Part shown: positions 1 to 16,690 of the stretch, one piece after another
Numbering within the stretch: position 1 is the stretch's first letter
How the letters are laid out: every line of letters begins with the position of its first letter
Assembly: GCF_009914755.1 (NCBI RefSeq)
Contig: NC_060936.1
Direction: 5' to 3' (one strand)
Source: the human T2T-CHM13v2.0 reference genome, Homo sapiens
DNA: 64,000 nt
Notes under the pieces: generated by a model
What the model saw: only the letters and a program-made list of their open reading frames with translations
What the model was told of the DNA's origin: nothing
Databases searched by the model: none
Translations under genes and position numbers: made by a program

Positions 1-467
1 GCAAGCTCTAGCATTGACCTGAGTTTGAAGCTCTTTTACTGGCTGTAGGTGAGACTTTCAAGAAGTTTCTCAAGGGTCAGGAGCCCTGTTTTCCTCAGCT
101 GTATAGGGTACACCATAATACCAAGCATTTGGCACGTTATGAGAATTGGATGCAAAGCTCTATGTTAAAACAGCTAGCAGGCACTGTGGATCGGCCGTGG
201 TACACAAATACACGGTTGTACTACTGCGCCCAACTACAGCTTCTGTCATCCTCATTTTCATTACAGTCCCGTCCAAGTGGGGACTGTTGCTGTCGCTGCT
301 CCTTCTTCTTACTCAAAGTCTTGAGAAATTCTTCTTTCCACATGCTAGTAATGGTCAGAATAAGAAGAATGAATTAGAAATGTCTATTTCCTCCCACGGC
401 ACTGAAAGATCAGTCTGATTAAAAAATTACTTCACTGGTGTTTAATAACTGCACTAAAGGCAAAATG

Positions 468-540
468 TAATTATTCTCATGCTTTAGATGGAGAAACCGA
501 GGCTGGAGAAGTTAAGGAAGTTGCTCAAAGTCATGTAATA
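468..540 (-). mobile_element. MIR SINE core fragment
   Basis: tttagatggagaaaccgaggctggagaagttaaggaagttgctcaaagtca resembles the reverse complement of the MIR core. Confidence 0.7.
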
Positions 541-689
541 AGCCCGAATTTTTATTCAGGGAGTTCTAGATGTTTTTCCCCCTTAGGGATGCTTCCCACT
601 ATTATCAGGTTGGTGAATAAGAAAATCCTTTCTTGAGTATGAGTAAAATAAATTGGAACCAATATTAAACAGAGTTTTTTACAGTTTTA

Positions 690-890
690 CAAAGCACTTT
701 TACAAAAAGTCTCTAACTTCATGCAAGATTACTTGTATTACTAAATAGTACTACTAGATATTATCATTTTACAAAAGAGGAAACTGAAATTCTGAAACAT
801 TACTTGGCCTGTCCAAAGTCACGATATTCAAATACGTAGAGCTCAGACCACTGTGGTTCCAAACACCCATCCTACCATTATATTTCCTAG
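690..890 (-). mobile_element. MIR SINE fragment
   Basis: cattttacaaaagaggaaactgaa...acttggcctgtccaaagtcac, MIR core in antisense. Confidence 0.65.
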
Positions 891-1460
891 ACGTGTAAGG
901 TAAAAATGGTATCTCCCCATCCCTGTATTCCTCACCACCTGCCTCCTGCATCTTTTCTCTCAGTCCATGTAGCTTCCAGTCTTCAAATTGCTTGCTCCAC
1001 TATTAAGAATTCCTTGATTAATACCTTTCTTTCTGACCTCAAGGCAGCTTTTAACCTTATCTGTATAGTCCCGACATTCCAAGAACATTGGATGTGAGTC
1101 ATGTATTTGCAGAATTCTATTTTATCATCTGATTTTGAAACCCAATCCCTCATGAAGGATAATCTAATGTTTCTGGGTCATGAAGCTTATGCAATTTGGG
1201 GAGCCCTTGGCAGGAATAAAGAAAGAAAAACAAAATTAGATACAGGGCTTTGAAAGAAGCCCATCTGTGTGAGGCGTCGGTACTAACGCTTAAGCTTCAG
1301 AGCTTCAAAGTAGAAGCCATGAATTCACCTCCATCCCCAAGTAAGATTCAACTCCAGTCTGGTTCTCCTTCAGTGAATCTACTCTGGGCCAATACTGAGC
1401 TGTCCACCTTGCAGGTTTAGCTCACCTAACTCTCACGGCAACACAGACAAGAAGGTATGA

Positions 1461-1753
<293 letters not shown>

Positions 1754-1979
1754 TGTTTGTGTTTATGTTATAATTTGACTACTCTCGTTTTCAACTCAAG
1801 TTTCAGTTTGTTGAGCCAAGGAATCTTGCTTCTAATTTCTTGGTAGGACCTCCCTTGATCCCAGCACAATCTTGAGTTCATAAACATTTTATGAATGAAT
1901 GGATATTTGAACAAATGAATGAATAAAGGAACATGTTCAATGGCTACTTGTTGAATTTATAGCAGAAAATGTAATTGTT

Positions 1980-2190
1980 ATAATAATTGCTACTTTTTGA
2001 GTGCCTATTACGATCCAGTCACTCCTCATATATTATCTCTAATTCTCACAGCCTCCCTGCAGAATGGGTATTATTATCTCTAATTTATAGCCAAGGAAAC
2101 TGAGGCTCTTTGCAGTTAAATTATTTGCCCAAGGTCAAACAGTTAGTAAGTGGCAGAGCCAGATCCGATTTTCTCCAAAGCTTAAGTTAT
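1980..2190 (-). mobile_element. MIR SINE
   Basis: aaggaaactgaggct...gttaaattatttgcccaaggtcaaacagttagtaagtggcagagcc. Confidence 0.8.
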
Positions 2191-3349
2191 GTCCATCTCA
2201 GAAGCGACACTCCGGTTGCTGTGGTCAGGGGCTGTGTCCTGCCTCGTGCTGTGCCTGCTCACAATTATGACTCGCCTGTACATGGAGGTGGGTGAGGCTC
2301 CTTCCTGCTTCACCACGCTCTTTCTTCTCCTGCCTCATGTGCTCCCACAGTACCTTGGACATGCTCTGCACACGTAACATGTTTGTCACATGGAAATGAA
2401 CAGCGGGCAGATTCCCTTAGTGGGTCTACAGGAGGAAGTACAATGAAATAAGAGTTGCCTTGGCAAACAGAGAACGCGTGCCAAGGAGACCAAGGTGTTG
2501 AGAGAAGCAACTGCCTGGGCCCAAGCAGAGGGGAGGAGGCAAACAAGATCCTCTGGGGCTTTTTACTTTCTGCCCCAGACGGACCAGACGAAAGATGCCC
2601 TTTGTGGTCTCTTTGGACCAACAAGACTCTGTGATCATAGAGGAATGTGAGCATGAATGCCAGGTTCCCACCAAGTGCTGGTAATGATGAAGTGTCTCTT
2701 GGGCAATTTTTATATGATGAAAATGTGGTGGTGCTTTTAAGAGGTTTCAAGAGCCGTAGGCAAAAAGATGCTCTGATGACAGTGGAATGAGATGCTCAAG
2801 GCTCTCACCTCCATTATCTCATTGAAGTCTCTCCAGTCCTTTAGGGATCAGAGGGAAGCAGTCAAGGTAATTCCCATCTTACAGAGGGGAAATTAAAAAC
2901 CCGAGATCTTAGAGCCCAGAAGTTCACCATGTTTATTCTGTATTTGGCTTAGTAAGTGATTACCCTTAATACAAGAAGTTTCTAGTAGACAGGACAACTT
3001 GGAATATTTCCTTCCTTTACATTAAAATTCAATCTAGCATCACTGAGAATTTGGTATTTAAAAAATGCTGTTTGCTGCTGGGAAAGAAGGTTATGGGGAA
3101 GATGGTGATGATGCTGACAACGATGACTATGACCAGTACCAGAGACCTGAATTCATTCAGGAATAACAGTACAAAGAACACCTGTCCCCAGGTCCTTGAG
3201 CGCTGAGGCCCAAACACCTTACAGAATCCCCCCAGTTTGGTGACAAACCACTCCTATCGTGAACTACCAAAAAAGGGGAGCAGGGAGATTGGAATAACCA
3301 GCTCTTTGGTAGATAATCCAGGTCCGTAGTCTATGGTTCTGGACTCTGG

Positions 3350-3827
3350 ATGATTCCCTGAGCCAGCCTGTCAATAACTGATACCAGCAGGGATGTCTGG
3401 CTTGGGCTGGGGGCACTGGCAGATAAGGACATGCAGTGCTCAGATGTCGCTTCAGAAAAGGACTTGCAGAGTGTGATTAGCTGATGGGCTCCAGCTTTTA
3501 GCTCCCTGGGGTCCGCCATGACTTCCTACCTGAGGTCACACATTCCTTGCAAGAGGATGGATGGGAATCAGCCAATGATCGAGCAAGGTGCTAGCAAAAA
3601 TGCATACCAATTTCCTTGCTATGTGGGACTCCTTCATTGGGCAGTCTTTGCTCTGGAGCTGCCCATTGGGCTGGCATGGACTTTGTTGGATGTACATGGT
3701 AATCTTGTGGCTCCTTCTGCCTTGTTCTACTTTCTCCCCTTTTCTCTCACAGGTCTTCTTCCTGCAAACTTTCTGCACTCCTAACTCCACCGCAGCATCT
3801 GCCTTCTGGAGAACACAGCTGTCACAC
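3350..3827 (+). mobile_element. Old ERVL-type solo LTR (LTR16-like)
   Basis: 3' end tgcactcctaactccaccgcagcatctgccttctggagaacacagctgtcaca resembles ERVL LTR U5 termini; 5' boundary uncertain. Confidence 0.45.
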
Positions 3828-4206
3828 CTGTGTTAAGCTCCAAAGCGCTGGAGGTACCTAGTGCCTGGATGAAACTAGAGACATGGAGATATTGCACCCA
3901 ATAGGACAAGGATGAATCCAGCCCACAGGCCACCAGAGAGGAGGAATACAGCTAAGTGGCTGAGGGCATGGATGCTAGCAGCTGGCACCAGCGCTAACCA
4001 AGGGCTTATCAGGACAAGGGAGGCAGCTCCCCTCCATGCCAGCCAACTGCACTTAGGTGACGATGCTGAGGATTTCTGCAGTCTAAGTTACTCTGAAGCT
4101 TGGGCAAATTGTTTTACTGCCTTCAGCCTTAGTTACCCCATATATAAAATGGGATAAGTGACACGTGTTGTTAAAGTTCACCTTTCATCGGACCCCAAAA
4201 TGATTC

Positions 4207-4440
4207 TAGAGATAGAGAGCAGATTAGGGGTCGCTTAGGGCTGAGGAAGATGGGGCTATAGGAGGCTGATAGCTAAAGGGCACAGGGTTTCTTTCTGATG
4301 TGATGAAAAAGCTCTAAAATTGACTGCGGTGATGATTGCATAACTCTGTGAATATACTCAAAAATCACTGAATTGTACACTCTGAATGAGCGAGTTGTAT
4401 AACACGTGAATTGTATTTCAACCAAGCTGCTATTTTAAAA
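4207..4440 (+). mobile_element. L1MB-type LINE-1 3' end fragment
   Basis: gtttctttctgatgtgatgaaaaagctctaaaattgactgcggtgatgattgcataactctgtgaatatact...ctgaattgtacac is a typical L1MB 3' UTR. Confidence 0.8.
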
Positions 4441-5330
4441 TACTTAGCTCAATGAATCATTGCAAGATGAATAACCCATGTAACCATCACCCAAGTCAGG
4501 AAATGGAATATTCTAGAATCCCAAAGTCCACCTACCGCCTGCGAGGACATGTATTTTTTGTTTGTTTGTTTAGTCTCCTGTCCCCAGAAATCTTATGGCA
4601 CATCTCTGAAATAGGTCATTTGGTGTGACTGGTATTAACTTCCACTGGGTCTGCAAGGAAACATGGTGGCCTCCCTGGTGATCCTTCTCATGAAACACAG
4701 AGTTCATTCCTAGCGTCCTATTTTAAAAGGGATACTGGCAAATCTGAGCCCATCCCAAAGGTGTGTGAACAGATGAGGAGATCTAGTGTTCACATGAACA
4801 AAAGCTGAGGATCCAGGTCCACATAGCCTGGAGAAAAGATTTCTGGGGGACCGAATTGTTGTCTTTCCATAGTAAAGGGTTACCACATGGAAGTGAAGGC
4901 ACCTGTGCTTTGTCACCCACAGGGCAGATCTAGGAAACAGGAGATGGGGCAGTGCCAACATGTATAGTGTCCAGCATTACATATGGCACGTGACACACAA
5001 ATACCACCAGAGTCATTTATCAAGGGCCTAGTACATGTCGGGCTTTGCGTGTTCTCTCGAATCCTCACAAAGACCTTGTCAGATGGGTATAATAATCCAT
5101 GTTTTGCAAAAGAGGAATGAACTGGGAGAAGAAGATTTGCCAATGGGGACAGATGAGACAGTGTGGCCCTCTTAGGCGCCAACATCTTTATCCTGCATTA
5201 AATGAACATGCAAGCTTGTCCAACAGACAGGCATCAAAGGCTGTTTAGAAGAGAAGGGAAAAGAAATGGAGAGGGAGCAGGGGACCTCCCAAGCTCATTG
5301 CAGGTGTGTCCCTAAGAACTCCAGAGGCCC

Positions 5331-5706
<376 letters not shown>

Positions 5707-7241
5707 TTAACAAAATGTTGGTCTAAAAAGCTATGTCAGGCTTATTCCTGGTTCCTCGTCTAAGCTGCTGTGACATTCTTCACACACGTCACCCTTTCCC
5801 TGGCCTTAGTTTCCCAATCTTTGGGCATGGGGCCTGAGCAGAGGGCTGTATAGCGGCTTGAGCAAGTGGTCTGGCGAGAAGAAAGTGCCTTCTGAAATTG
5901 AGTCTGTTCTGTGGCAGCGTTTGGGTGGAGCCCCCGATTTTGGCCCAAATTGCGCAAATAGTTGATCATAAAGAAGATTAAACAGACAAGTGAGATTTGC
6001 GCCGGTGGTCTCAAGATGGGACAAGTTTGTTCTAGATTTGAAAGTCATGCTTCAGTGCTCCAATGTAGCAAATTTTCTGTCCCTGGGGCTCTGGGGAAAC
6101 CCTTGTGTAGTATATTTGCTTTCAGTTTCCTTTGACAGAGGTAGGGAGCTGGTGAGTGGGGGAAACATGCCCTTTTTCTAGGATCCCTCAACGCTTAATA
6201 GACGTGCAATCACCATCATCCAGCAAGGGCGTTGACAGCTTCTCAACTTCTGAACATTCACCCAGCAACCCGCGCCATGCCCCTGCGGTCTGGCCCTTGT
6301 CCAGCCTGCTGAGCCTTCTCTGTCAGAACCTTCATAAAAACAGGAACAGGATCTCTGACGGCCCAGAGGCTAACTCTGTCTCCTTTCTTGCCCGTTTTAC
6401 TCTGGGCCCTCCCACGTGCCCACCAAACGCTGAAGGGAAGATTTTCTTAACTCAGTAAATGGCCACACATGTGTCTCGCTTCTGCAGTTCTGGCTTGGAG
6501 AAGTTTAATGTCTGGGGGCTGGAATAGCCTTGGAAGTCCTCAGGTTCATCCCACTGCCTCTGGGTTGACCACGTCGAGAGCTCCCCAGGACTCTCTGCCT
6601 CCCCATGTTTCTTAAGCCCACATCTGTGCAGAGCTTGTGGATCCTCAGTCAGATCAACCAGTCAATCTCCAAAGCTGCTCACCATCTAGTGCCACTGAGA
6701 GCCTTAATGCAGATATAGATGATGATCTGGTAGCTCACATGTACTACCCAGGGCTTTAGAGAATATTCAAAAAGTGCAAGTCCTTGTATGACTCAGGATG
6801 TGTCAGGTAGGTAGCTCCCGGGAGACAGAGAGAAGGCGGGTAGCCCCTCCATTGTGTGTTTAGCTCTTTCAACAATCCCTTGTAAGGTCTGTTAAATTAT
6901 CTTGAGCACACAGCTCATTTTCTCAAATAAAATCTGTTCACTTTAAGGAAGAGAGATGCTTTATCTTCCCTCCTATTATTCCTGGCATCAAACCTAGCAA
7001 ATAGTAATAATAATAATAGCTATGAGTTATGACTGCCTACTCTGTTCCAGACACTGCAAAAGGAACTGTAAATACATTAGCTTACCTTACCTTGACGAGA
7101 ATTCTATGAGTCAGATATTGTTACCATTTGAAAGACGAAGAATGAAGGATCAGATTCATTCAGTGACTTGTTCCATCCTGACCTTTCAGCCTATAGCTGA
7201 TGGAATCAGCATTCTAACCCAGGATAATCTGAGAAAAGGCT

Positions 7242-7650
7242 GGATAAGTCAGGATAAGCCAAGCTATGCTGCAGGTACAAGTAAACTCTAAAGTTTCCGT
7301 GGCTTTGTATAATAAAAGTGTATTTTTCACCCACGCAAAAGTGGTTGCAGATCTGAGTGCATCTCCAGGGTAGTTTTCCTCCTTGTGGCAGCTCAGCTAC
7401 CCTTCCCTTTTCCCACCCCAACATGGGGCCTCTATTGTCAATCTACCTGAAGACAAAGGGCTGGAGCTTCACGCAGGGGCTTCCATGCTTAGGGCTGAAG
7501 ATGACCTGACTGTATCACCACCAAACACATTCCATTAGCTAGTCATTCACAGGGCCCCACCTAACTTCAAGGAACCTGGGAAAGTAGACTTCTCTGTGCC
7601 CAGGAAAGAGGAAAACCAGGTATGGAGAAGCCCTAGTAATCTCTGCTACA
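7242..7650 (-). mobile_element. MLT1-family MaLR LTR
   Basis: agtcaggataagccaagctatgctgcag...cacattccattagctag...ctaacttcaaggaacctgggaaagtag...ctctgctaca. Confidence 0.7.
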
Positions 7651-8506
7651 AAAGCCAACATGCTTTCTACCATGCTAAACTGCCTCTAAAACTGAAAATA
7701 AAAAATAAAGTATGTTCTAATGACATTGCCACTGAGGTTGTCACGTGCACACAAAAGACTGGAGTGGGTGAGTTGGGGAAGATAGAGGAGCCGTTCATGC
7801 TGTAGACAAAACGCAAGACTTTTTGGTACATCAAATCAGCCCCCAAATCCCCGACCTAATTAGTGCCCAGACAGAGGAGCTGGACTGCCCCCATCTTTCC
7901 TCTCAGATGGATTTCCAGTCTTCTGTGACTTCTTCTTATCAAGGTGCCCCTAATATTCACTGTAACAGAACCTCCCACATATACACCACTCGCTGCTGGG
8001 GTGCACAGCAGAGAGAGAGGAAGTTAGGAGGCAGGGCTGGCATATGTGACACTTCGCATACATTTTCTCATTTCATCCTTGCAGCAAACCCACTTGGTGT
8101 AGCTCTTGGTAGTTTCACCCATTGAATAGTACAGGAAATTGAGACTCAGAATAATTAAATCGCTTTTGAAAGGCCACTTACGGGGACCTTCTCACTCCAA
8201 ATGGACTTTTCTCACTACGACCATGTCAAATTTGCCCCCGGTCTGTTTTATTTACTTAAGTGGATCTCAGTCGCATGGAAATGGATTAATCATAATACTT
8301 ATTTCATTCTGCACTCCTATAGTTGCCCCATGCATAACCCTACTTGATTGTTTGGCTATTGTTTTGAAAAATGTAACACGCTCCTAGAAACATACCACCC
8401 AACACATGGTTCTTCTTCATCCCACTCTGCCTGCCTCTTCCATGCACTGTAATTAATATACTACATTTTAGATGCATCTTTATCTTGCTTTCCTTTTATA
8501 TAATTT

Positions 8507-8838
<332 letters not shown>

Positions 8839-8839
8839 C

Positions 8840-9720
8840 TGTTTTATTAATTTTGAACACTGTAATATTTCGTTGTGTGAAATACTACAAATAATGTTTT
8901 CAGCTACTCTCTTATTTTTGCTATTGTGAGCAATTGCTATGAATGTCTTTTGCTGTGTGTGAAAAGGTTGTTTATGTAACCAGGAGTGAAATTGCTGTGC
9001 AATAAGTATGTGAACATTTTTCAAAATGGTTGTAATCATTTATACACCCTTAAGGAATGAGAGATTTGTGGATTTATTCATACATCTTCTGCAACATTTG
9101 GTTTGGTTAGACTTTGTAACTTGCCAGTAGAATTAACACATTTCCCTGATCACAATGAGGTTGAGTATCTCTTTGTTTATTAACTATGTGTGTTTCCTCT
9201 TCCGCAGAAGACCTGTCCAGGTCTCTTAATGATTTTTCTATCAGCTTGCTTATGTTTTTCTTATTGATTTCTAGGAGTTCTTTATAATATTCTTCAAACT
9301 AATCTGTTTACAAGTTGTCTTTTCTGTATATTCAAGGCATTACATGATGTTCTTTGCTTTAATACCTCTAAGGTTAGCACTTTCTGTTTTGAGAAACTCT
9401 TCTCTGCTCCAAGGTTTAAAAGATATTTGCCTATATTTTCAACTAAATTTAGAATTTACAGCCTGAAGTTTAAAAATTTTAGGTTTTTTTTTTTGACAAT
9501 TAAGTCAATCTGGAGTTGTTTGTTTTTATATGGTGTGAGGCAGGGAATAATTTTCATATTTTCCTTATAGATAACCTTTTTTTTTCAGCTTTATTTATCA
9601 GATAGTACACAGGTCTGTTTCTGCATTCTCTATCCTATTCCATCAGTCAATGTGCCCATCCTGTGGCGCTGCCACAATGTCTTCATTACTCAGGCAGTGT
9701 GTGATTAGCCTCTTGTGGCT
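8840..9720 (-). mobile_element. Old L1M 3' fragment
   Basis: Degenerate antisense L1 ORF2 C-terminus/3' UTR phrases (ggagtgaaattgctg, ttgatttctaggagttctttataat, tatggtgtgaggcaggga). Confidence 0.7.
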
Positions 9721-9871
9721 CTGTTTCCCCCAAAATTGGCAATGATGTTATCTCTCTCTTTAGAACTTTATGGTTCAGATGAATTTCCTTTTCTCTCTGA
9801 CCTACTCAATTGTAATCTGACACTTGTTACACTCAAAAGGTCTTTACACATAGAGGGAGTGGGCAAAGTAA

Positions 9872-10441
<570 letters not shown>

Positions 10442-11679
10442 TAGCTCTGTTTGGTGGATGAGTGAGTCCTGCTTATCTAAGATTTGATCCAGTTCAAATT
10501 AAGAAAACTGTAATTTCAGAGTTTCTCTTGGTTCTTTGTGTACTTAATGACAAAACACCTGGGGTTTAGGAAATCTCAAAGGGATGCAAAGGGAGATAGA
10601 TCTCAGAGCTCAGTGTGATATTGAAGTTAAAAGCTAAATCGCTTAGTGATCTGGTAAAGAGCTATCTTGACATTATACAGGTGTTGGAATTCTGAAAGAG
10701 AGGAGATGGGTGCAAGGATCTGGAAAGGAGGGTCTTCAGTAGGAGCATGTCTAATAAAAGCATTCCAGATCAGAGAAGGGCCAGCGAGTTTCCAGAAACA
10801 GTAGTGTCTGACCTTCAGTGTGTAGTTTTTCCTCTTCTGTGCCACCCAGCCAGGGATTCTCAATCCTTGGAAAAGTCTCTTCAGTACAATAGCCTTGTGT
10901 TAGTGATGCTTTGCAGGGAAAAGAAGCGGCTCTGCCTTCTGGACAAGAGAGAAATGAGGAAGAACAGCTACCCCCACGGTGGGGGTGGGGAGTGGGGAGC
11001 GAAATGTAAGTGAGAATCAAAAACTTCATGAGGGAAAGAATTAAGAGGAAAATATGAACATGAGACTATAACCCCCCAGCAGAATTCTGGGAAATACTTG
11101 AGAGGGTTCTAGGGAAGGCTCTGGGCTTCCCATGGTACTGCGATGAATGTGCAAATTGTATTATTTGGATATTAAAGCAAAGGTAACAACAGAAGGGCAG
11201 AGGATATGAATTCATTTAGTGATGCAGGAACAGAGGGGCTGCCAGGGAAGTGATGGTCATGAAAACATATGGGGCCTCTTTAAGTCTGGTCTGAGCCCTT
11301 CATTTCACAGTTGCTTTGTGGAAGGAGCAGAGACAGCTAAGTGGGCAACTCCAAGAGCTGAAGGATCAACTTACCAGAACGGAAAGACAAAAATCCATCC
11401 CCTAGGAGCCCCTGCGTTCTAACAACAGGCCCTTCTCTGAGGCAAGAGGCTGGCCAGAGTCAAATGTTGGCGGAGATCTTTCTTTCTTCCTCCCTCCAGT
11501 CTCCTCTGTTGCCCATGGATATGATCACCCCAGAGAGCATTCGTCAGGCCTATCTGAGCTTAGGCTGCACCAGGCAAGCTTGCATGAAGGAAAAGGAATC
11601 AGCCCTTAATGTGGCACTGGGTCAGGGGCCCCCAGCCACTCACCACTGATGACTGAATCTTCTCTCTCTCTCTCATACA

Positions 11680-13550
<1,871 letters not shown>

Positions 13551-14427
13551 CAGTCTCTAGAAATAGAACCTCAAGAAATGAAATTATTTTACTCTGCTGT
13601 CAGAAATAAAGTTTAAAATGTATCTGGAAAAGCACTTTGGGTATAAATTTATGATAACAAATGACTAGCATTAGATCCTCCCTTTGGAACAATTCTTAGA
13701 TGATTAGAACTTGTAGGAACTTTAGAGATCACTATAGCTGAAGGCCCAGAAAGGTTAAGTTTTTCTGACTCTTCTCAAGTGCTATTTATGTTATAATACA
13801 CAGCGAAAACACAAAACACGCCCCTGCAACTTTATAGATGAGAAAAGGATCTCGAAAAGCAGAAAAGGGACAGAACGGGGTGAAGTATTGGAGAGTTGGA
13901 TTGGTTCTGAGGACAAGTCCTCGCTACTTCACGATTTGGCTCACAGTCACCCAGAAACAAATTAAGTTGCACAGCCCTATTTCTGAAAAAGGCGTGGCAT
14001 GGATCTGAATGCAAGAAAATCAGGTCCAGTTGTAGAGTTCAATTCTACAAACTATGGAGAAAGCAACCACGGGAATCTTTGGCTGGCAGAAGTCCGGCCT
14101 GATCGTCAGCATTCTTAGGGTTGTTCCTTTCTCACAGCTACGTCTCTCTACTCTGCCTGCCCCTGTCTTGCTATCCTACTCTCTACCCTAGCCTCAGCCC
14201 TAGAGGGCAAAATGGAAGAGCAGGCAGCAAATAATGAGAAAGCCTTCAGAGAACATGGCTGAGTCTCCACCCTGAAGTTCAAGGAAGGTCAGAAGCAAGA
14301 GTCAGAAGAGTTGGATTTGAGCTTCATTTCTTTCTTTAGCTTGTTTGTGTTCCTGAAAAAAAAAAAAAAAAAGAAATCACTTTACTGTTCTTGACCTCAG
14401 CTTCCTCATCTGAAAAATGGGGAACTG

Positions 14428-14840
14428 CATTAGTTAAGATAACACTAGCTAATAATATAGCAGTGAAAGTCCCAAATCTCAGTGCCTTAAGACAAAGCAA
14501 ATTTCGTATTCACTTAAAGTCCACCTGGTACCAAAGATGGGGAGCCACTTCACAATATCATTCAGGAACCCAGGCTGGCACTGGCTCTGCCATCTTCAAC
14601 CTGGCTTCCAGGGACACCTAGATGGTGACATCCAGCTGCCAGATAGGGTAGAGAAAGTGGAGTGAGGATTCTGTGAGAGGCGTCTATTCTAGGGACCAGG
14701 CCTGTAAACTGCATACATCATTTTTTGCTCATTCAATGGCAGCATTGCACTCCAAGGAAGACTGGGAAACATACCTGAGCCACGTACCTGGGGGGGAAAA
14801 CGGGAACAGGTTTCATGAGTAGCAAGTCAGCCTCTGTCAT
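14428..14840 (-). mobile_element. MLT1-family MaLR LTR
   Basis: cattagttaagataac...cccaaatctcagtgccttaagacaaagc...cattcaggaacccaggctg...ctccaaggaagactgggaaa. Confidence 0.65.
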
Positions 14841-15061
14841 AGGAGCCCAGCATCTGCTTTGTAGGGGTCATGGGATTGTTTTGACTTTTAATTAGATGGC
14901 AGGTATCAAAATGCTCTGAAATATCAACATTGCCACACAGTGTGTGGAAGTGATGATAATTATGATAATAATGATTCATCATTGGTCCAATAAATAATTG
15001 TATAGCACCTAACATATGCTCTGAGCACTGGAAATTGAGCATTTACAGACCTTGCACTTCT

Positions 15062-15234
15062 AAACCTTGCTGCTCTCAGTGTGGTTCGTGGACCAGCAGC
15101 ATCATCATTTCCTGGGGAAGTATTAGAAAGGCAGAAGCTCAGACCCCACCCCAGATGCACTCGGTCAGAATCTGCATTTTAACGAGAGCCTCCAGCAGCC
15201 TGTATGCACGTTGCAGGTGTGAGAGGCATGTTCT
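15062..15234. mobile_element. MER5A hAT-Charlie MITE
   Basis: gtgtggttcgtggaccagcagcatcatcatttcctggg...ttagaaaggcagaa...cagaatctgcattttaac. Confidence 0.85.
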
Positions 15235-15289
15235 AGTAAAGGAAAATGAGGACGTGGGTCCAGCAGCCCAGGTTACCCGCTGACAATGC

Positions 15290-15520
15290 GGAAGGACTGT
15301 GGAGTCCAATGATCCAGACGGAATCCTGGCTCTCCCACTCGTTGGCTGCATCATCTTGGGCAAGATACTCAACAAAGTCTCAGTTACCCAGCAGGAGTAA
15401 TTAATCACCGTGTTTCCTTCTCAGGGTTGTCAAATGAGACAAATTACCAAATAAGGCCATCCACGTGACGTCCTGTTCACAGTGCCTGGTGTGCCGTTTG
15501 TGTTCAATACATGTTAACTA
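15290..15520 (+). mobile_element. MIR SINE
   Basis: atcctggctctcccact...tcttgggcaagatactcaac...tctcagtt...acagtgcctgg. Confidence 0.7.
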
Positions 15521-15889
15521 GCATTAATCATCTTATCTCTGTTAACGTTGCCACAAGTTGATCCCGTTACTTTCCATAAACCAACCCCAGCACAAGCACA
15601 GCAAATATATGGCATGTGTCTCACTACTTTAGTCTCCCATATCCACAATAGATGTTGCTGATCAATCAAGACGTACTTGTCTTCTAGAGCCCAGACTTGC
15701 CTTAGAATCTGTCTCACACAAGTCTCCAGATAGTTATTATTAATTAATGGAGGCAGGTATGCAAGATAAAAGCTGTTGGCCATCCCTGGTTGACTTGGGC
15801 ATTCCCAAAGACCAGATTTTCCCTTTACTGTCTGCAACTCTGATATTCTTGTTAGTGGCTGAAATGGAGACAAAGAAAGGCAGGAGGAC

Positions 15890-16115
15890 AAAGACCTGCA
15901 GAAAGTTTCCCATCTGGGAGCCTATGAGAATGGTAGAGTCATCAACAACTCAGGGGACTCAAGAGAGAGAGAAAGCTGTCCTGAGGAATGTGCTCAGCCA
16001 GGAGTATGTTAAATGTGAGGCGTCTTTAAGACCTCCAAGCAGACATGTCCAGAAGGTAGTTGAAAATACAGGTCTGGATTTAGGAGAAACATCTGAGTTG
16101 GAGACAAAGACCTGG
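15890..16115 (-). mobile_element. L2 LINE fragment
   Basis: atgttaaatgtgaggcgtctttaagacctccaagcagacatgtcc...aggtagttgaaaatacaggtctgg. Confidence 0.6.
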
Positions 16116-16123
16116 CCACCATA

Positions 16124-16690
16124 TGTGGCAGAAACGGTTGATTATCAAACAACTCTCTCCCTTTTCTCAGCTAACTGTGTCCCACGTTTGTTCACATATC
16201 GAGCGGCCACGTTTTCAGAGGAGGCTGGATCCTAGTCCAGCGTTAGACCCTAGCAAAATCTTGATTAGCCCAATACAATCACAGAGAATTCCATTCCCTC
16301 GGCCAGTGTTTAAGATTGGAAACATAATACAGGTCTGGACAATGAAATGGTAGAGGAAGTGTGCAAGGAGGATTTGAGAAAAGTCATCTTTATTTTTAAA
16401 GAGATTAAAAAGAGACAAAAAGAGCATCTGCCCTGCAGTTACGGCTCTGTGAGGAGGCATTGCCAGAAGCTGCTGCAGCCATCCGGTGACCATGAGAGGA
16501 TATGGCTGAGGCCAAAACCAACATGCTAAGGATGGCAGAGCAGAAGGATGCAAAGAAACTGGGTCTCTGATGATATCATCAGCCCACCAAGTTATCCAAC
16601 CCTAGAAACAACCTCAGGACTCCTGTCCTTCTTGTTTAAGCCAGTTGAGCCAAGGTCTCCATTACGTGCTGCTAAAAGTATTCCAAGCAA
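16124..16690 (+). mobile_element. MLT1J/K-like MaLR LTR
   Basis: tgtggcaga start; gctgctgcagccatc...accatgag...aggatggcagagcagaag...ttgtttaagccagttgag. Confidence 0.75.
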
